DNA of 64,000 nt from a virus (lineage: Duplodnaviria; Caudoviricetes), in the IMG/VR virus record IMGVR_UViG_2933814219_000003, positions 1 through 64,000 of that record. One strand, written 5' to 3'. This document shows, piece after piece, positions 7,746-17,465 of this stretch; the first letter of the stretch is position 1, and the number at the start of each line of letters is the position of its first letter. The translations under genes and the position numbers were made by a program. The notes under the pieces are model-generated. The model was not told where the DNA came from. It worked only from the letters and a program-made list of their open reading frames with translations, and searched no databases.

Positions 7746-9992
7746 TCAGAGCTGCGTGATGACGAGGTTCCGCCAGTAGGGGCGGGTGTTGAGGTCGGTG
7801 ACCGATCCGTTGGACAGCCCGTGGTACCCGCCCCGGTAGGTGGTGTCTGCGATAGCTCCGGTCGTCCACCCGGTGCTGTCGGTGCGCCGGAGTTCGACTG
7901 TCGTCGGCGTGACGTTGATCTGGAAGCTCATCGCCGTGTCAGCGGTCGGCGCCGTCGTCGTGATCGTCGACCCGATCTGGGTTCCCGTCGTCGACCCTGC
8001 GGTGTGCCGGTACAGCTGCATGTCGCCGGATGCCCGCATCACCATGTGATAGCCGCCGCTCGCGTTCGACTGGCTGAACCGGTAGGCGTCGTCAGTGGTC
8101 TTGCCGAAGTAGTAGCCGCCGTGGACTGTCGCCGCGGGCAGCGTCTTGTACTTCATGTCGAACGCGATCCGGTAGCCGGTGGCGCTGCCCTGGATCGGTG
8201 AGTAGGTGCCCAGCCCATAGGACTGGTTCGGCAGGGCGTTGATACTGACCCAGCCAACGTCCGGGGACGGGGCGAATGCCAGTGCGTAGGTACTGTCGTA
8301 GTCGAGTGGCGGCGTGCCACCAGGCTCCTTGATCTGGAGGTCCCACCGGCTGGCGGTGCGCTGCGGCAGGTTCGTGGACACGTACCGAGGGTCGGACGAC
8401 ATCATGCCGACGACGCCAAGCCCGGTCAGCCGTGCGACCTGGCTACGCCGGTAGACGGGCCAGGAGAAGACCGGCTTGCCCCGGGCGACGATCTGGGTGA
8501 CTCTGGCGTCGGCCATGGTCGTGGAGACCCCGAAGTAGTCGATGTACTGGTCTTTCGGGGTGATCGCGGCGTCGGCGGTGCCGTCGTCCAGGTATACCCA
8601 GGTGCGGTAGTTCCGTGTCGGGTCCTTCGCCCACGGGAGCGACGCGGTCCCGATGTGGGCTTTCCAAATGACGCTGCGTGGGGCGTGCGGGTAGTAGGTG
8701 CTCAGGAGCGTCTGCGTGGGGACGACCGCGTCGTTCCCTTTCGCTTCAAGGAAGATGACGACCTTGCCGAGGAACTCGTCGAGCACCTGCCTGAGCGGCA
8801 CGAGCGGCTGCTCTGTCCAGCCTGCGCCGAGCAGGGGTTTGCTGACGGTCAGCGTCTGCTGGCTGATCTCCTCTGTCGTGAACGTGTTGACGTTCCCGGT
8901 GCGGTTGGTGGTGCGGTCCATCGTCGTGTCGTGGATGCACCAGAGCTCGCCGGACGCGTCGACGTTGACGGATACCTCAAGCGGGAAGCCTTGGGCGGCG
9001 GATGCCCGGTAGCTGGCCAACGTGTGTTCGGGCCGGACCATGCCGCCGCCTCGGTGCGCGAAGAACCGCGGGGAGGAAGGGGTGGCGCCTGTGAGGTACG
9101 CGTCGACGGTCTGAACGGCGCTCGGGAGGTATAGAGCTGCCGCGGAGGTCGCTGCTGCGCTGACAGCAGCGGCCTGGGCGTTACCCGCCTTCGTGGTGGC
9201 ATCGCTGCTGGCCGCGCTGATCGCCGCGCTTTGCGCGCTGGCGGCCTTGCCGGTGGCGTCTGTTGCTGCGGCAGCGATGGCGGCGGACTGGGCGGCGTTC
9301 GCCTTCGCTGTGGCATCAGCTGAGGCGGCACTGATCGCCGCAGCCTGAGCCGAGTTGGCCTTGCTGGTGGCGTCGCTGGCCGCGGCGCTGATAGCGGCAG
9401 CGCGGGCTGCGGTGGCGGCCCCGGCGGGGTCGTAGGCTGCGTCAGCCCGTGCGATCTCCGCGGTGAGGGCGGTGTCCGTGTAGGCCTGGGCGTTCGCCTC
9501 GGAGCCGGGTGGTCCGACCAGGCTGGCGAGGAAGTCCTCCTCGGTTCCGGTGTTGCCTTCGGCCAGCCACTGCTCGTAGGCGGAGAGGCCCTTGGGGCCG
9601 ATGACCGCGGTGTACTCGGGTTGCCCGGCGTCCATCTGCTGGATCTTGCCGAGGTCGGCTTCGGGCTGGTCGACGGAGAGGCTGATGTAGTAGGAGCGGA
9701 CCGGTGCCCCGGCGATGCGGTCGGTGACGAGCCACCGGGAGTTCTGCGGGTTGGCGTAGGGCAGGTCGTTCGGGATGAGCCGGACGCCTGGGGTTCCTGT
9801 GTCGTCGACGAGCTGCCCCTCGGCGTTGAAGCCGTAGGTGCCGCTGCCTGTGTAAACGAGACCGGTGTCTGTCAGCGAGATGGCGTCGACGGTCAGTTCG
9901 AAGGTGACCGTCCCCTGTGCCGGGCCGCCGCCGGCCGGGTTCGCCGCCTCGTAGCTGACCAGGGTGGTGGGCAAGCCGTCGGGGAACGACAC
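7746..9992 (-). CDS. fibre-like protein with glycerophosphodiester phosphodiesterase domain
   Basis: AHRGG..PEHT..E....HD..MDRTT GDPD motifs; N-terminal GLSAYEQW..GTEEDFLASL motif and Ala-rich repeats. Confidence 0.85.
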   Translation of the reverse strand: MSFPDGLPTTLVSYEAANPAGGGPAQGTVTFELTVDAISLTDTGLVYTGSGTYGFNAEGQLVDDTGTPGVRLIPNDLPYANPQNSRWLVTDRIAGAPVRSYYISLSVDQPEADLGKIQQMDAGQPEYTAVIGPKGLSAYEQWLAEGNTGTEEDFLASLVGPPGSEANAQAYTDTALTAEIARADAAYDPAGAATAARAAAISAAASDATSKANSAQAAAISAASADATAKANAAQSAAIAAAATDATGKAASAQSAAISAASSDATTKAGNAQAAAVSAAATSAAALYLPSAVQTVDAYLTGATPSSPRFFAHRGGGMVRPEHTLASYRASAAQGFPLEVSVNVDASGELWCIHDTTMDRTTNRTGNVNTFTTEEISQQTLTVSKPLLGAGWTEQPLVPLRQVLDEFLGKVVIFLEAKGNDAVVPTQTLLSTYYPHAPRSVIWKAHIGTASLPWAKDPTRNYRTWVYLDDGTADAAITPKDQYIDYFGVSTTMADARVTQIVARGKPVFSWPVYRRSQVARLTGLGVVGMMSSDPRYVSTNLPQRTASRWDLQIKEPGGTPPLDYDSTYALAFAPSPDVGWVSINALPNQSYGLGTYSPIQGSATGYRIAFDMKYKTLPAATVHGGYYFGKTTDDAYRFSQSNASGGYHMVMRASGDMQLYRHTAGSTTGTQIGSTITTTAPTADTAMSFQINVTPTTVELRRTDSTGWTTGAIADTTYRGGYHGLSNGSVTDLNTRPYWRNLVITQL
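9147..9398 (-). repeat. 57-bp (19-aa) degenerate tandem repeat, about 4.4 copies
   Basis: AA(I/V)xAAxxDATxKAxxAQx units starting at 9398, 9341, 9284, 9227 and 9170. Confidence 0.8.
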
Positions 9993-9994
9993 GG

Positions 9995-10345
9995 TCAGAC
10001 TCCTGTCCGGTAGTACTCTTCGACCCGCTCCGGAGGGGCCGGGGGGTCGATGTCCTGCAACCGCATCAGCGCGGTGAGTTCGCTGACGTAGCGAGCGAAA
10101 TCTCGCACCAGTGAGCGCAACGACCTGTCGCTTGCCTCTACTGCGCCGAGGCGCACCTCCAGGCCGGACCGGATTTCACGAAACGCCTCTAGGTCAGCCG
10201 TCCGCTGGTTCGGCTCAGCCGATACACGGCTGGCCTCTCGTCCGTCGGCGGCGGCTTGCCGGGCGGCGCGGGCGGCGATGATGGCGCAGACCACCGTCGT
10301 CAGCGCGGTGACCACCGTCCCTACGAAGATCGCGTTCCCACTCAT
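9995..10345 (-). CDS. lysis-cassette membrane protein (1 TM + coiled coil)
   Basis: MSGNAIFVGTVV..., coupled to upstream membrane genes. Confidence 0.7.
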   Translation of the reverse strand: MSGNAIFVGTVVTALTTVVCAIIAARAARQAAADGREASRVSAEPNQRTADLEAFREIRSGLEVRLGAVEASDRSLRSLVRDFARYVSELTALMRLQDIDPPAPPERVEEYYRTGV

Positions 10346-10770
10346 CTGGCACCGGTCTTTCTCTTGCGCGGCACGGAGTGCTCTCGCGTTCTCGATGATT
10401 GGAGGACGGCGGCGACGATCGTGAGCCAGAGCAGCCCGGCGTACAGGCCGCGCTGGTAGTCGCCTACGGCACCCGCTACGAAGTACGACATCGCCCAGCC
10501 GAGTGGGGGCAGCAGGGCGACGATGAAGCCGGGCCAGTCCCACGGCGGGCGCAAGAGTGAGCACCCGGCGCAGATGATTCCGGCGCCGATCCAGACCCAG
10601 GCCCAGCAGTTGAGGGGGGCGGCCTGGAGGAGGAGCCGGAATGGGCGTTCATCGGGGAGGGGGGCGGCGACGACGCCGTACCCCCAGAAGATCCAGGCGA
10701 GTGCCCAGAGGAGGAGCCATTGCCCGCGGCGGCCCAGCCGTTGTCGGAGCCGCCGGGCCGCCTGCCGCAT
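10342..10770 (-). CDS. multi-TM membrane protein, holin-like
   Basis: About 4 hydrophobic segments, within the lysis cassette. Confidence 0.7.
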   Translation of the reverse strand: MRQAARRLRQRLGRRGQWLLLWALAWIFWGYGVVAAPLPDERPFRLLLQAAPLNCWAWVWIGAGIICAGCSLLRPPWDWPGFIVALLPPLGWAMSYFVAGAVGDYQRGLYAGLLWLTIVAAVLQSSRTREHSVPRKRKTGAR

Positions 10771-11114
10771 CAGCCGGCCGCGGGGGTGCTCGGCTTGGCC
10801 GGGGTGACCTGGCCGCGGGTCATGAGGCCGAGGACGGCGAGGACGACGGCGTTGAGGGCGCCGACGGTTTCGGCGGAGACGCTGAGCCCGTAGGCGGCGA
10901 GGAGCGCGACTCCGGCGGCGACGAGTCCGGTGAACGCGGACGGAGCGATGGGTCGGGTGATGGCTGCGGTCGCTGCGGCGAACACGGCGCTGATGACGGC
11001 GACGATCGCAGCGGCCTGTTCGGCGTCGAGCCCGAACTGGAAGCTCACGAGGAGGGACAGGGCGGCGGAGACGGTGGCGATGACGAGGGCAGGCTCGCGG
11101 CCGAAGATCTTCAC
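10770..11114 (-). CDS. putative holin
   Basis: MKIFGREPAL..., hydrophobic, immediately after the endolysin. Confidence 0.8.
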   Translation of the reverse strand: MKIFGREPALVIATVSAALSLLVSFQFGLDAEQAAAIVAVISAVFAAATAAITRPIAPSAFTGLVAAGVALLAAYGLSVSAETVGALNAVVLAVLGLMTRGQVTPAKPSTPAAG

Positions 11115-11134
11115 GGGGGTCTCGTTTCTGGTGG

Positions 11135-12073
11135 TCAGGGGGTGACGGTGAACCCGGCGCGCTTGCCGAGTCGGGTGAGGGAGTCCTTGCCCGGGATGCC
11201 GTCAGCGGCCTTCCCGGTGTATCCGCCGCCGGCCTTTGACTTCTGCCAGCGGGAGTAGGCGGCGACGGTGGTGGTGCCGAAGTGGCCGTCGGAGTACGGC
11301 TTGGCGAGGAGCCCGGCGTCGACGAGGGCGGCTTCGACGATACGAACCCCGTTGTAGGTGACGGGCGTGCCCTTCGCCTTCGGGTTGGAGCGTGCGGCGG
11401 TGATGAGCTTGGACAGGTCGACAACGGGGGCCTTGGGCGGGTTGGGCAGGGTGGGTGTCGTCGGCTTGGAGGGCGCGTTCGTGTCGAGCCGGTCACCGAT
11501 CCGGTCGCGCATGGAGTTCATCGTGAACCCGCGCGGGTCGATCTTGCCCGGCTGCCACTCCAGATGCCCGATCACCGACCGCTGCGACCAGCCGTGCGCC
11601 CGGCAGACGGCGGCGGCGGCCCGCTCGATCGCCAGCAGCTGGGCGGCCGGCCACGGGTCCTTCCCGTCGCCGAGGTTGACGCACTCGAAGCCGTAGAAGT
11701 GCCGGTTGCCGTCGGTGTTGGCCTCGTTGTCGACCGGAAGGGAGGCCGCTTCGGCTGCGACGGCGCGGAGGACATCCCCGTCGCCGAGTCCGGCGTGGTT
11801 GGTGCGCCCGTTGCCCACGAGGTGGACGACTCCGGCCTTGTCGATGACGCCGTGGCAGAGGGGTCCGGGGAGGGCGGAGTGCCCGTTGTAGCAGAGCTCG
11901 ACGCTGTTGGCGGTGCCGGACGTGACGGTGTGGTGGATCATCACGCCGTGGACCGGGCCCCAGGGCCCCTTGTGGTTGCGGTTGTTGGTGCGCCACGACC
12001 GGTGCTCGATGACGGTGAGGCCTTCGTCGCGCAGGGCCTTGAGCAGTCGGTCGGCGGTTAGTGGTGTGGCCAT
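11135..12073 (-). CDS. endolysin, N-acetylmuramoyl-L-alanine amidase + peptidoglycan-binding domain
   Basis: IHHT, NHAG, GFEC, GHLEW..GKIDP; C-terminal DGHFG/ADGIPG. Confidence 0.92.
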   Translation of the reverse strand: MATPLTADRLLKALRDEGLTVIEHRSWRTNNRNHKGPWGPVHGVMIHHTVTSGTANSVELCYNGHSALPGPLCHGVIDKAGVVHLVGNGRTNHAGLGDGDVLRAVAAEAASLPVDNEANTDGNRHFYGFECVNLGDGKDPWPAAQLLAIERAAAAVCRAHGWSQRSVIGHLEWQPGKIDPRGFTMNSMRDRIGDRLDTNAPSKPTTPTLPNPPKAPVVDLSKLITAARSNPKAKGTPVTYNGVRIVEAALVDAGLLAKPYSDGHFGTTTVAAYSRWQKSKAGGGYTGKAADGIPGKDSLTRLGKRAGFTVTP

Positions 12074-12096
12074 GCGGGTCTCCCTCGAAAGCCGTT

Positions 12097-12145
12097 ACCT
12101 TCAAATCGTAGCCACAAGCTTGCATTTAACCTACGAATCACAGGT
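12097..12145. promoter_or_regulatory. two copies of a 17-bp late-region palindrome
   Basis: ACCTTCAAATCGTAGCC (12097) and ACCTACGAATCACAGGT (12129) in the divergent intergenic region. Confidence 0.55.
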
Positions 12146-12264
12146 AACAGGTACTCTCTGGGTTAGGGTCCTGGCTCGGATCCGGTGGCGGGGCTTCGGC
12201 CGTGCGGGTCCGTGGCCCCGCCACAGCAACCCGCACCCACCCGCACCCCGCACAGGAGCGCCCT

Positions 12265-13041
12265 ATGAGCGACCGTGATCCCGACGTTGGTTGCGCCGTC
12301 CTCCACAAGGACAGCGAGGGGCGCACCGTGCCGTGCCCCGGAGACCACCCCGTGCCGCCCCCGGAGTTGTCCGAGGTGGACCAGTTGCGCGCCGACAACG
12401 AGTCGCTGCGCTACCAGATCGAGCGAGCGCGCTGGGCGCTCGGCACCGACGAGCCCGTCAACGAGCAGCTGCGGCAGGCTGAGATCCGCGCGGCGGTGGC
12501 CGAGCGCGAGGCGGAGAGCTACCGCCATCAGGTGCAGGCCCTCGTTCGCGCCATCCAGCAAGAGCGCGGGTTGCCCGAAGAGGCGCTCGACGGTGAAGTC
12601 TTCATCGTCGCCGCCGAGCCTTCGCAGGCCACAGGGGAGGCGATAGGTAGGGCGGTCGACAGGCTGCTGGCCCCCAAGACGCCCATGGCCGACGTTCCAC
12701 CGACCCTGCGCGGCCCCTCTTGGCCGGGTCGGCCAGCCAACCGGGCATCAGAACACGGCACAGTCCAGGGCCGTTGCCCCGCCTGCGGCAACACCCGCCT
12801 CTTCCTCGGCTCCGGCGGCTACGTCACCTGTCCCCGCATCGACTGCCCCGAACCCGACGCCGCCAGCACCCTGCTCGCGGACCCTCAGTGCCCAGCGGAG
12901 ACGGAAGTTCCCAGGAGCGCCTTGCGTATTCGATGCATCATGCCTCTTCGCCACGCCAGCACCCACGCGGACGGCGGCGGAATCCGCTGGTCGGACGGTT
13001 TCACCTTCGTCCCGCCCCAGGAACGGAACACCGATGGCTGA
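12265..13041 (+). CDS. hypothetical protein (coiled coil + Zn-ribbon)
   Basis: AGGAG RBS; CPACG...CPRIDC. Confidence 0.7.
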   Translation: MSDRDPDVGCAVLHKDSEGRTVPCPGDHPVPPPELSEVDQLRADNESLRYQIERARWALGTDEPVNEQLRQAEIRAAVAEREAESYRHQVQALVRAIQQERGLPEEALDGEVFIVAAEPSQATGEAIGRAVDRLLAPKTPMADVPPTLRGPSWPGRPANRASEHGTVQGRCPACGNTRLFLGSGGYVTCPRIDCPEPDAASTLLADPQCPAETEVPRSALRIRCIMPLRHASTHADGGGIRWSDGFTFVPPQERNTDG

Positions 13042-14026
13042 CGTCGACGTCTTCGGCTGGCAGGCCGACGAGAGCGGCTGTGGCTACTACCGCATCCAGC
13101 TCCCCATGCAGGGCCTCGCCGGGCTCGGCTACACCGTCCGCCACGGGCTCCGCATGCCGCAGTCCGTCCGCGACAACCCAGACACGGTCATCGTCGGACA
13201 GCGGGTCTGCAACCCCGGCCCCAGCGCCATGTGGCAGGCCCTCGCCGCCCAGGGCCGGAAGCTGGTCTACGAGATCGACGACGACCTCTGGAACATCGAC
13301 GCCAGCAGCCCCGCCGCGCACGCGTTCTTCGCCCGGCCCGAGATCAGGGCCAACCTCCAGCGGAACATCGAAGTCGCCGCCGCCGTCACCGTCACAACCG
13401 AACCGCTGGCCGACATCGTCCGCCAGTGGAACCCCAACGTGCGCATCGTGCCCAATGCCGTCCCCGACTGGCTGATCGACCACCAGCCGCAGCAACGCGA
13501 AGACGGCACCCTCACCATCGGCTGGGGCGGCAGCGCAACCCACAACATGGACTTCGACCAGGTCGGCGACCAGCTGCGCCAGTTCCTCAAGCGCAACCAG
13601 GACACCGAGCTGCACGTCATCGGCAACGACTACGCCTCGTGGATGCGGGCCCCCCGACAGCAGGCCCGGTTCACCCCGTGGGTGCCGGGCGTCGACCAGT
13701 TCCTGCGGACCATCGACTACCACGTCGGGATCGCCCCGCTCAGGCCTCACGTCTTCAACCAGTCCAAGTCCGCCCTCAAGGCCATCGAAGCCGGGGCCCT
13801 CGGCATCCCCATCGTCGCCTCCGCCGTCCGCCCCTACGAGGACTACGTCCAGGACGGCCTCACCGGCTACCTCGTGCGACGCGACCACGAATGGGGGGCC
13901 TACCTAAGGGCTCTCGCCGCCGATCCCGACATGCGCCACGAGATAGGCCTCGCCGCCCGACAACAGGCCACCGTGCACACCATCAGCCACCGGGCACCCC
14001 TCTGGAAGAAGGCGATCCTCGGATGA
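13034..14026 (+). CDS. glycosyltransferase, GT-B fold (GT4-like)
   Basis: GCGYYR, YEIDDD, IGWGGS, FNQSKSALKAIEAGALGIPIVAS. Confidence 0.9.
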   Translation: MADVDVFGWQADESGCGYYRIQLPMQGLAGLGYTVRHGLRMPQSVRDNPDTVIVGQRVCNPGPSAMWQALAAQGRKLVYEIDDDLWNIDASSPAAHAFFARPEIRANLQRNIEVAAAVTVTTEPLADIVRQWNPNVRIVPNAVPDWLIDHQPQQREDGTLTIGWGGSATHNMDFDQVGDQLRQFLKRNQDTELHVIGNDYASWMRAPRQQARFTPWVPGVDQFLRTIDYHVGIAPLRPHVFNQSKSALKAIEAGALGIPIVASAVRPYEDYVQDGLTGYLVRRDHEWGAYLRALAADPDMRHEIGLAARQQATVHTISHRAPLWKKAILG

Positions 14027-15060
14027 CCAAGCACGTACTCCTCACCGGCGGCGGCGGGTTCGTCGGCAGTCACGTCCTGCGCCACCTCATGGCCAACACC
14101 GACTGGACCGTCAGCCTGCCCGTCACGTTCCGGCACAAGGGCGTCCCCAAGCGCATCGCCTCCGCCCTCGAAACCAACCCCGAATGGTGGGACCGCGTCG
14201 ACGTCGTCTACTGCGATCTCACCGCCCCCATCGACCCCGTCACCGCCGCCCGATTCGGGCAGGTCGACTACCTGTTCAACGTCGCCTCCGAATCCCACGT
14301 CGACCGCAGCATCGACCAGCCCGGCCCGTTCATAGAGAACAACGTCCGGCTCATCACCAACATCCTCGACTACGCCCGCCACGCCACGCCGACCCTCGTC
14401 CTCCAGATGTCCACCGACGAGGTCTACGGGCCCGCCCCCGACGGGTACGAGCACCGCGAGTGGGACGCCATCGCCCCCTCCAACCCCTACTCCGCCTCCA
14501 AGGCCGCTCAGGAAGCCGTGTGCTTCACCTATTGGAGGACTTACGGCGTCCCCGTCGTCATCACCAATACGATGAACATCCTCGGCGAGCAGCAGGACAC
14601 CGAGAAGTTCATCCCCAAGACCATGCGGGCCATCCTCCGCGGCGAGCCGGCCACCGTCCACGTCTCACCCGACGGCCGGCCCGGCAGCCGGTTCTACCTC
14701 CACGCCCGGAACCTGGCTGACGCCTGGCTGTGGCTCGCCCGCAACCACAAGCCGCAGCAGTACGGCGACTTTGACCGTCCGTCCCGGTTCCACGTCGTCG
14801 GGGAGCGGGAGGTCGACAACATCGAGATGGTGCACCTCCTTGCCGACCTCATGGGCGTCGGCGAACCGAAGCTCGACCTCGTGGACTTCCACTCCAGCCG
14901 GCCCGGCCACGACCTCCGGTACGCACTCGACGGCAGCAAGCTCGCCGCCGCGGGGTGGCAGGCGCCGCTGAGCCTGGAGGAGTCGCTGCGGCGGACGGTG
15001 GAGTGGACGCTGCGACACCCCGAATGGCTGGGGCTCCCGGCTACGGAGGCCGCTCGATGA
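14023..15060 (+). CDS. rmlB: NDP-sugar 4,6-dehydratase, dTDP-glucose 4,6-dehydratase-like
   Basis: TGGGGFVG, ESHVDRSI, STDEVYG, PYSASKA, RPGHDLRY. Confidence 0.88.
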   Translation: MTKHVLLTGGGGFVGSHVLRHLMANTDWTVSLPVTFRHKGVPKRIASALETNPEWWDRVDVVYCDLTAPIDPVTAARFGQVDYLFNVASESHVDRSIDQPGPFIENNVRLITNILDYARHATPTLVLQMSTDEVYGPAPDGYEHREWDAIAPSNPYSASKAAQEAVCFTYWRTYGVPVVITNTMNILGEQQDTEKFIPKTMRAILRGEPATVHVSPDGRPGSRFYLHARNLADAWLWLARNHKPQQYGDFDRPSRFHVVGEREVDNIEMVHLLADLMGVGEPKLDLVDFHSSRPGHDLRYALDGSKLAAAGWQAPLSLEESLRRTVEWTLRHPEWLGLPATEAAR

Positions 15061-15254
15061 GCGGGCCGATGAAGCTCACCAGCGCCCAGATGCGGAAGAT
15101 TGCCGCTGCGCTCGACGCGATGACAGACATCACCAAGAACTACGGTGTCGCACTGAACCCCTACGGCAGTCAGCAGATCGGCCTGGATGACAACGTCATC
15201 AGCGTCTCGTGGGACGGCGACGCGTACTTCATCGATGACCGCAACGGCGACTGA
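15057..15254 (+). CDS. hypothetical protein
   Basis: ATGA overlap with the dehydratase stop, 65 aa. Confidence 0.65.
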   Translation: MSGPMKLTSAQMRKIAAALDAMTDITKNYGVALNPYGSQQIGLDDNVISVSWDGDAYFIDDRNGD

Positions 15255-15268
15255 GGAGACACCACTCC

Positions 15269-15922
15269 ATGAAACTCACCACCCTCGGTGCCGAGGAGGC
15301 CGCCCAGTTCGCCGCGGCCGAGCCGTTCCCACACCTGGTCGTCGACAACATGTGGCCCGACCGCCTGCTCACCAGTATCGACGCAGAGTTCCCTGCCGCC
15401 GACGACCCCAGGTGGATCACCTACCCGGACGAGAAGGAACGCGGCAAGAAGGCCGGGGACTCCCGCGTCTGGGGGGAGGCGACCCGGGGCTTCTTCGACG
15501 CGGCCCGCTCCCCCGAAGCCTGCCGGATGCTGGAGCTGCTGACCGGCATCAGCCCTCTCACGGCGGACGATATCGGCGGCGGCATGCACGAGACAGGAGA
15601 AGGCGGCCGGCTCGCGTCCCACGTCGACTTCAACGTTCACCCGACGCTGCCGCTGGAGCGCCGCATCAACATGCTGGTCTTCCTCAGCCGGGACTGGGAT
15701 CCGGCGTGGGGCGGCACCCTGCACCTGGGCGAGCGGCGCGAGGTGGCCGTGGTGCCCGCCTGGAACCGCACCGTGATCTTCGCGACCGGGGAGACATCGT
15801 GGCACGGGCATCCCGAGCCCGTCGTCGGCAACCACCTGCGCAGATCGCTGGCCTGCTACTACTACGCGCCGCTGCGGGCCGAGACTGCCGACGCGCACAC
15901 GACTGTCTGGGCGGGTCAGTGA
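15269..15922 (+). CDS. 2OG-Fe(II) oxygenase (prolyl-hydroxylase-like)
   Basis: PFPHLVVDN, HVD...H...RRS iron/2OG ligands, WGG. Confidence 0.88.
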   Translation: MKLTTLGAEEAAQFAAAEPFPHLVVDNMWPDRLLTSIDAEFPAADDPRWITYPDEKERGKKAGDSRVWGEATRGFFDAARSPEACRMLELLTGISPLTADDIGGGMHETGEGGRLASHVDFNVHPTLPLERRINMLVFLSRDWDPAWGGTLHLGERREVAVVPAWNRTVIFATGETSWHGHPEPVVGNHLRRSLACYYYAPLRAETADAHTTVWAGQ

Positions 15923-16614
15923 CGCGCCCGTGGCGGGTGGCCGTTATCCCGACCCGTAACCGGCACGACATGGTGCGGGACTGCGTGAACTCGGTGCTCG
16001 ACCAGGTCGACGCCGTGTACATCATCGACAACGGCAGCCAGCCACCCATCGACCCGGGACAGTGGCCGCCGAACGTAGACGACTCCTCCCGAGTGCTGTC
16101 TGCGTTCACCGAAATGGATCCCCCGAACATCAGTCAACTGTGGAACCTCGGTATCAGCGCAGCCAGCAGCACCGCGCGCATGCGCTTGGCCAAGACCTGG
16201 GATGTCGCCATCCTCAACTCGGATGTGATCGTCCCCGAAGGCTGGATGGACGCCCTGTCCTCGGCTATGCGCTCCACCACGGCGGTCCTCGCCTACCCGG
16301 ACCAGTTCGGTGGCCAGCAGCAGATCCTCCACACGAAGGCCGAACCGGTGGACCTGCGGCAGCGGATCACGGGTTACGCGTACATGCTGCGCGGCGAAGC
16401 CGGGCTGCGGCTCGACGAGTCGATGGCCTGGTGGTACTCGGACGACAGCTTGGACTGGACCGCCCGGGAGCGCGGCGGCTCTCTCCTCGTCCCTGGCATC
16501 CCTGTGCAGCACCTTGACCCCAACGGGTCCACCAACGCCCGCGTGGAGCTCCAGGAGCAGGCCAGGCGGGACCGGGAAACGTTCATCACCCGTTGGGGAA
16601 GGGCACCGCACTGA
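15919..16614 (+). CDS. glycosyltransferase family 2
   Basis: VIPTRNR, IIDNGS, LNSD, WYSDD; GTG start at 15919. Confidence 0.88.
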   Translation: MTRPWRVAVIPTRNRHDMVRDCVNSVLDQVDAVYIIDNGSQPPIDPGQWPPNVDDSSRVLSAFTEMDPPNISQLWNLGISAASSTARMRLAKTWDVAILNSDVIVPEGWMDALSSAMRSTTAVLAYPDQFGGQQQILHTKAEPVDLRQRITGYAYMLRGEAGLRLDESMAWWYSDDSLDWTARERGGSLLVPGIPVQHLDPNGSTNARVELQEQARRDRETFITRWGRAPH

Positions 16615-17138
16615 TGCACCCTGAAGCGCACGACGCCGTCGGCCGCATGCTCGACCTCGCCGGGATCTGCCGGACGGATCCGTGGAGGGTTCTGGACTTG
16701 GGTGGCCGGGATATCAACGGCACGATCCGCACCCACCTGCCCAACACCGTGTGGACCGGGACGGACATCGAGCCCGGCGCGGGCGTCGACATCGTCCACG
16801 ACGCCACCCTCCCCTGGCCCAAGAGTGCAGGCCTGTTCGACCTGGTGGTCTGCACGGAGGTGCTGGAGCACCTGCCGACATGGCGCCTCGTCCTGCACAC
16901 CGCATCCGAGGCCCTGGAGCCTGGCGGCCCTGAACTCCTGGTCGTCACCTGCGCCTCGGACGGGCGGCCAGAGCACGGGGTGGCCGGTGCCCCTCTCCCG
17001 GCCTCCGGGGAGTGGTACCAGAACGTGTCCCCGAAGGATCTCCGGGAGACCTTGGAGAGCCTGTTCCGTGACGTGCACGTCGAGTACCGGGCCAACCCCG
17101 GCGATGCCTACGCCTGGGCGCAAGGGGCGATCCGATGA
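16614..17138 (+). CDS. SAM-dependent methyltransferase
   Basis: VLDLGG, FDLVVCTEVLEH. Confidence 0.88.
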   Translation: MHPEAHDAVGRMLDLAGICRTDPWRVLDLGGRDINGTIRTHLPNTVWTGTDIEPGAGVDIVHDATLPWPKSAGLFDLVVCTEVLEHLPTWRLVLHTASEALEPGGPELLVVTCASDGRPEHGVAGAPLPASGEWYQNVSPKDLRETLESLFRDVHVEYRANPGDAYAWAQGAIR

Positions 17139-17465
17139 CCGTGGATGAGTTCCTTCGAGCGCGATACGCGGAAGGCGCTGAGGCGGTTCGGGCGCACTGG
17201 AATGCCGCCGGGATTACGTCGCGGAGGTTCCATGGAACACCAATGGATCCGCCGGCCCTCATCGCCGACCTTGAGATGAAGCTAGCCATCGTTGATGAGC
17301 ATTCGCTTGTGCCCGCCAGCTACGGGCAGAGCCTGGGCTGTGAGATCTGCGTTGCAACGTTCTCCTGGGGGGGCTGAGGTCGTCAGCGGCCCGTGCGTCA
17401 CATTGCGGCTGCTGGCGCAACGCTTCGCCGATCACCCGGACTGCGTACAGGAGTGGCTTCCGTGA
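17135..17465 (+). pseudogene. DUF6221-like gene frameshifted at a G7 tract
   Basis: N-terminus FLRARYAE; removing one G at 17367-17373 restores PCVTLRLLAQRFADHPD..EWLP*. Confidence 0.7.

Noticed and set aside
13231-15060. 609-aa fusion ORF in the track
   Set aside because: The N-terminal part is an off-frame shadow of the glycosyltransferase; the real start is ATG 14023
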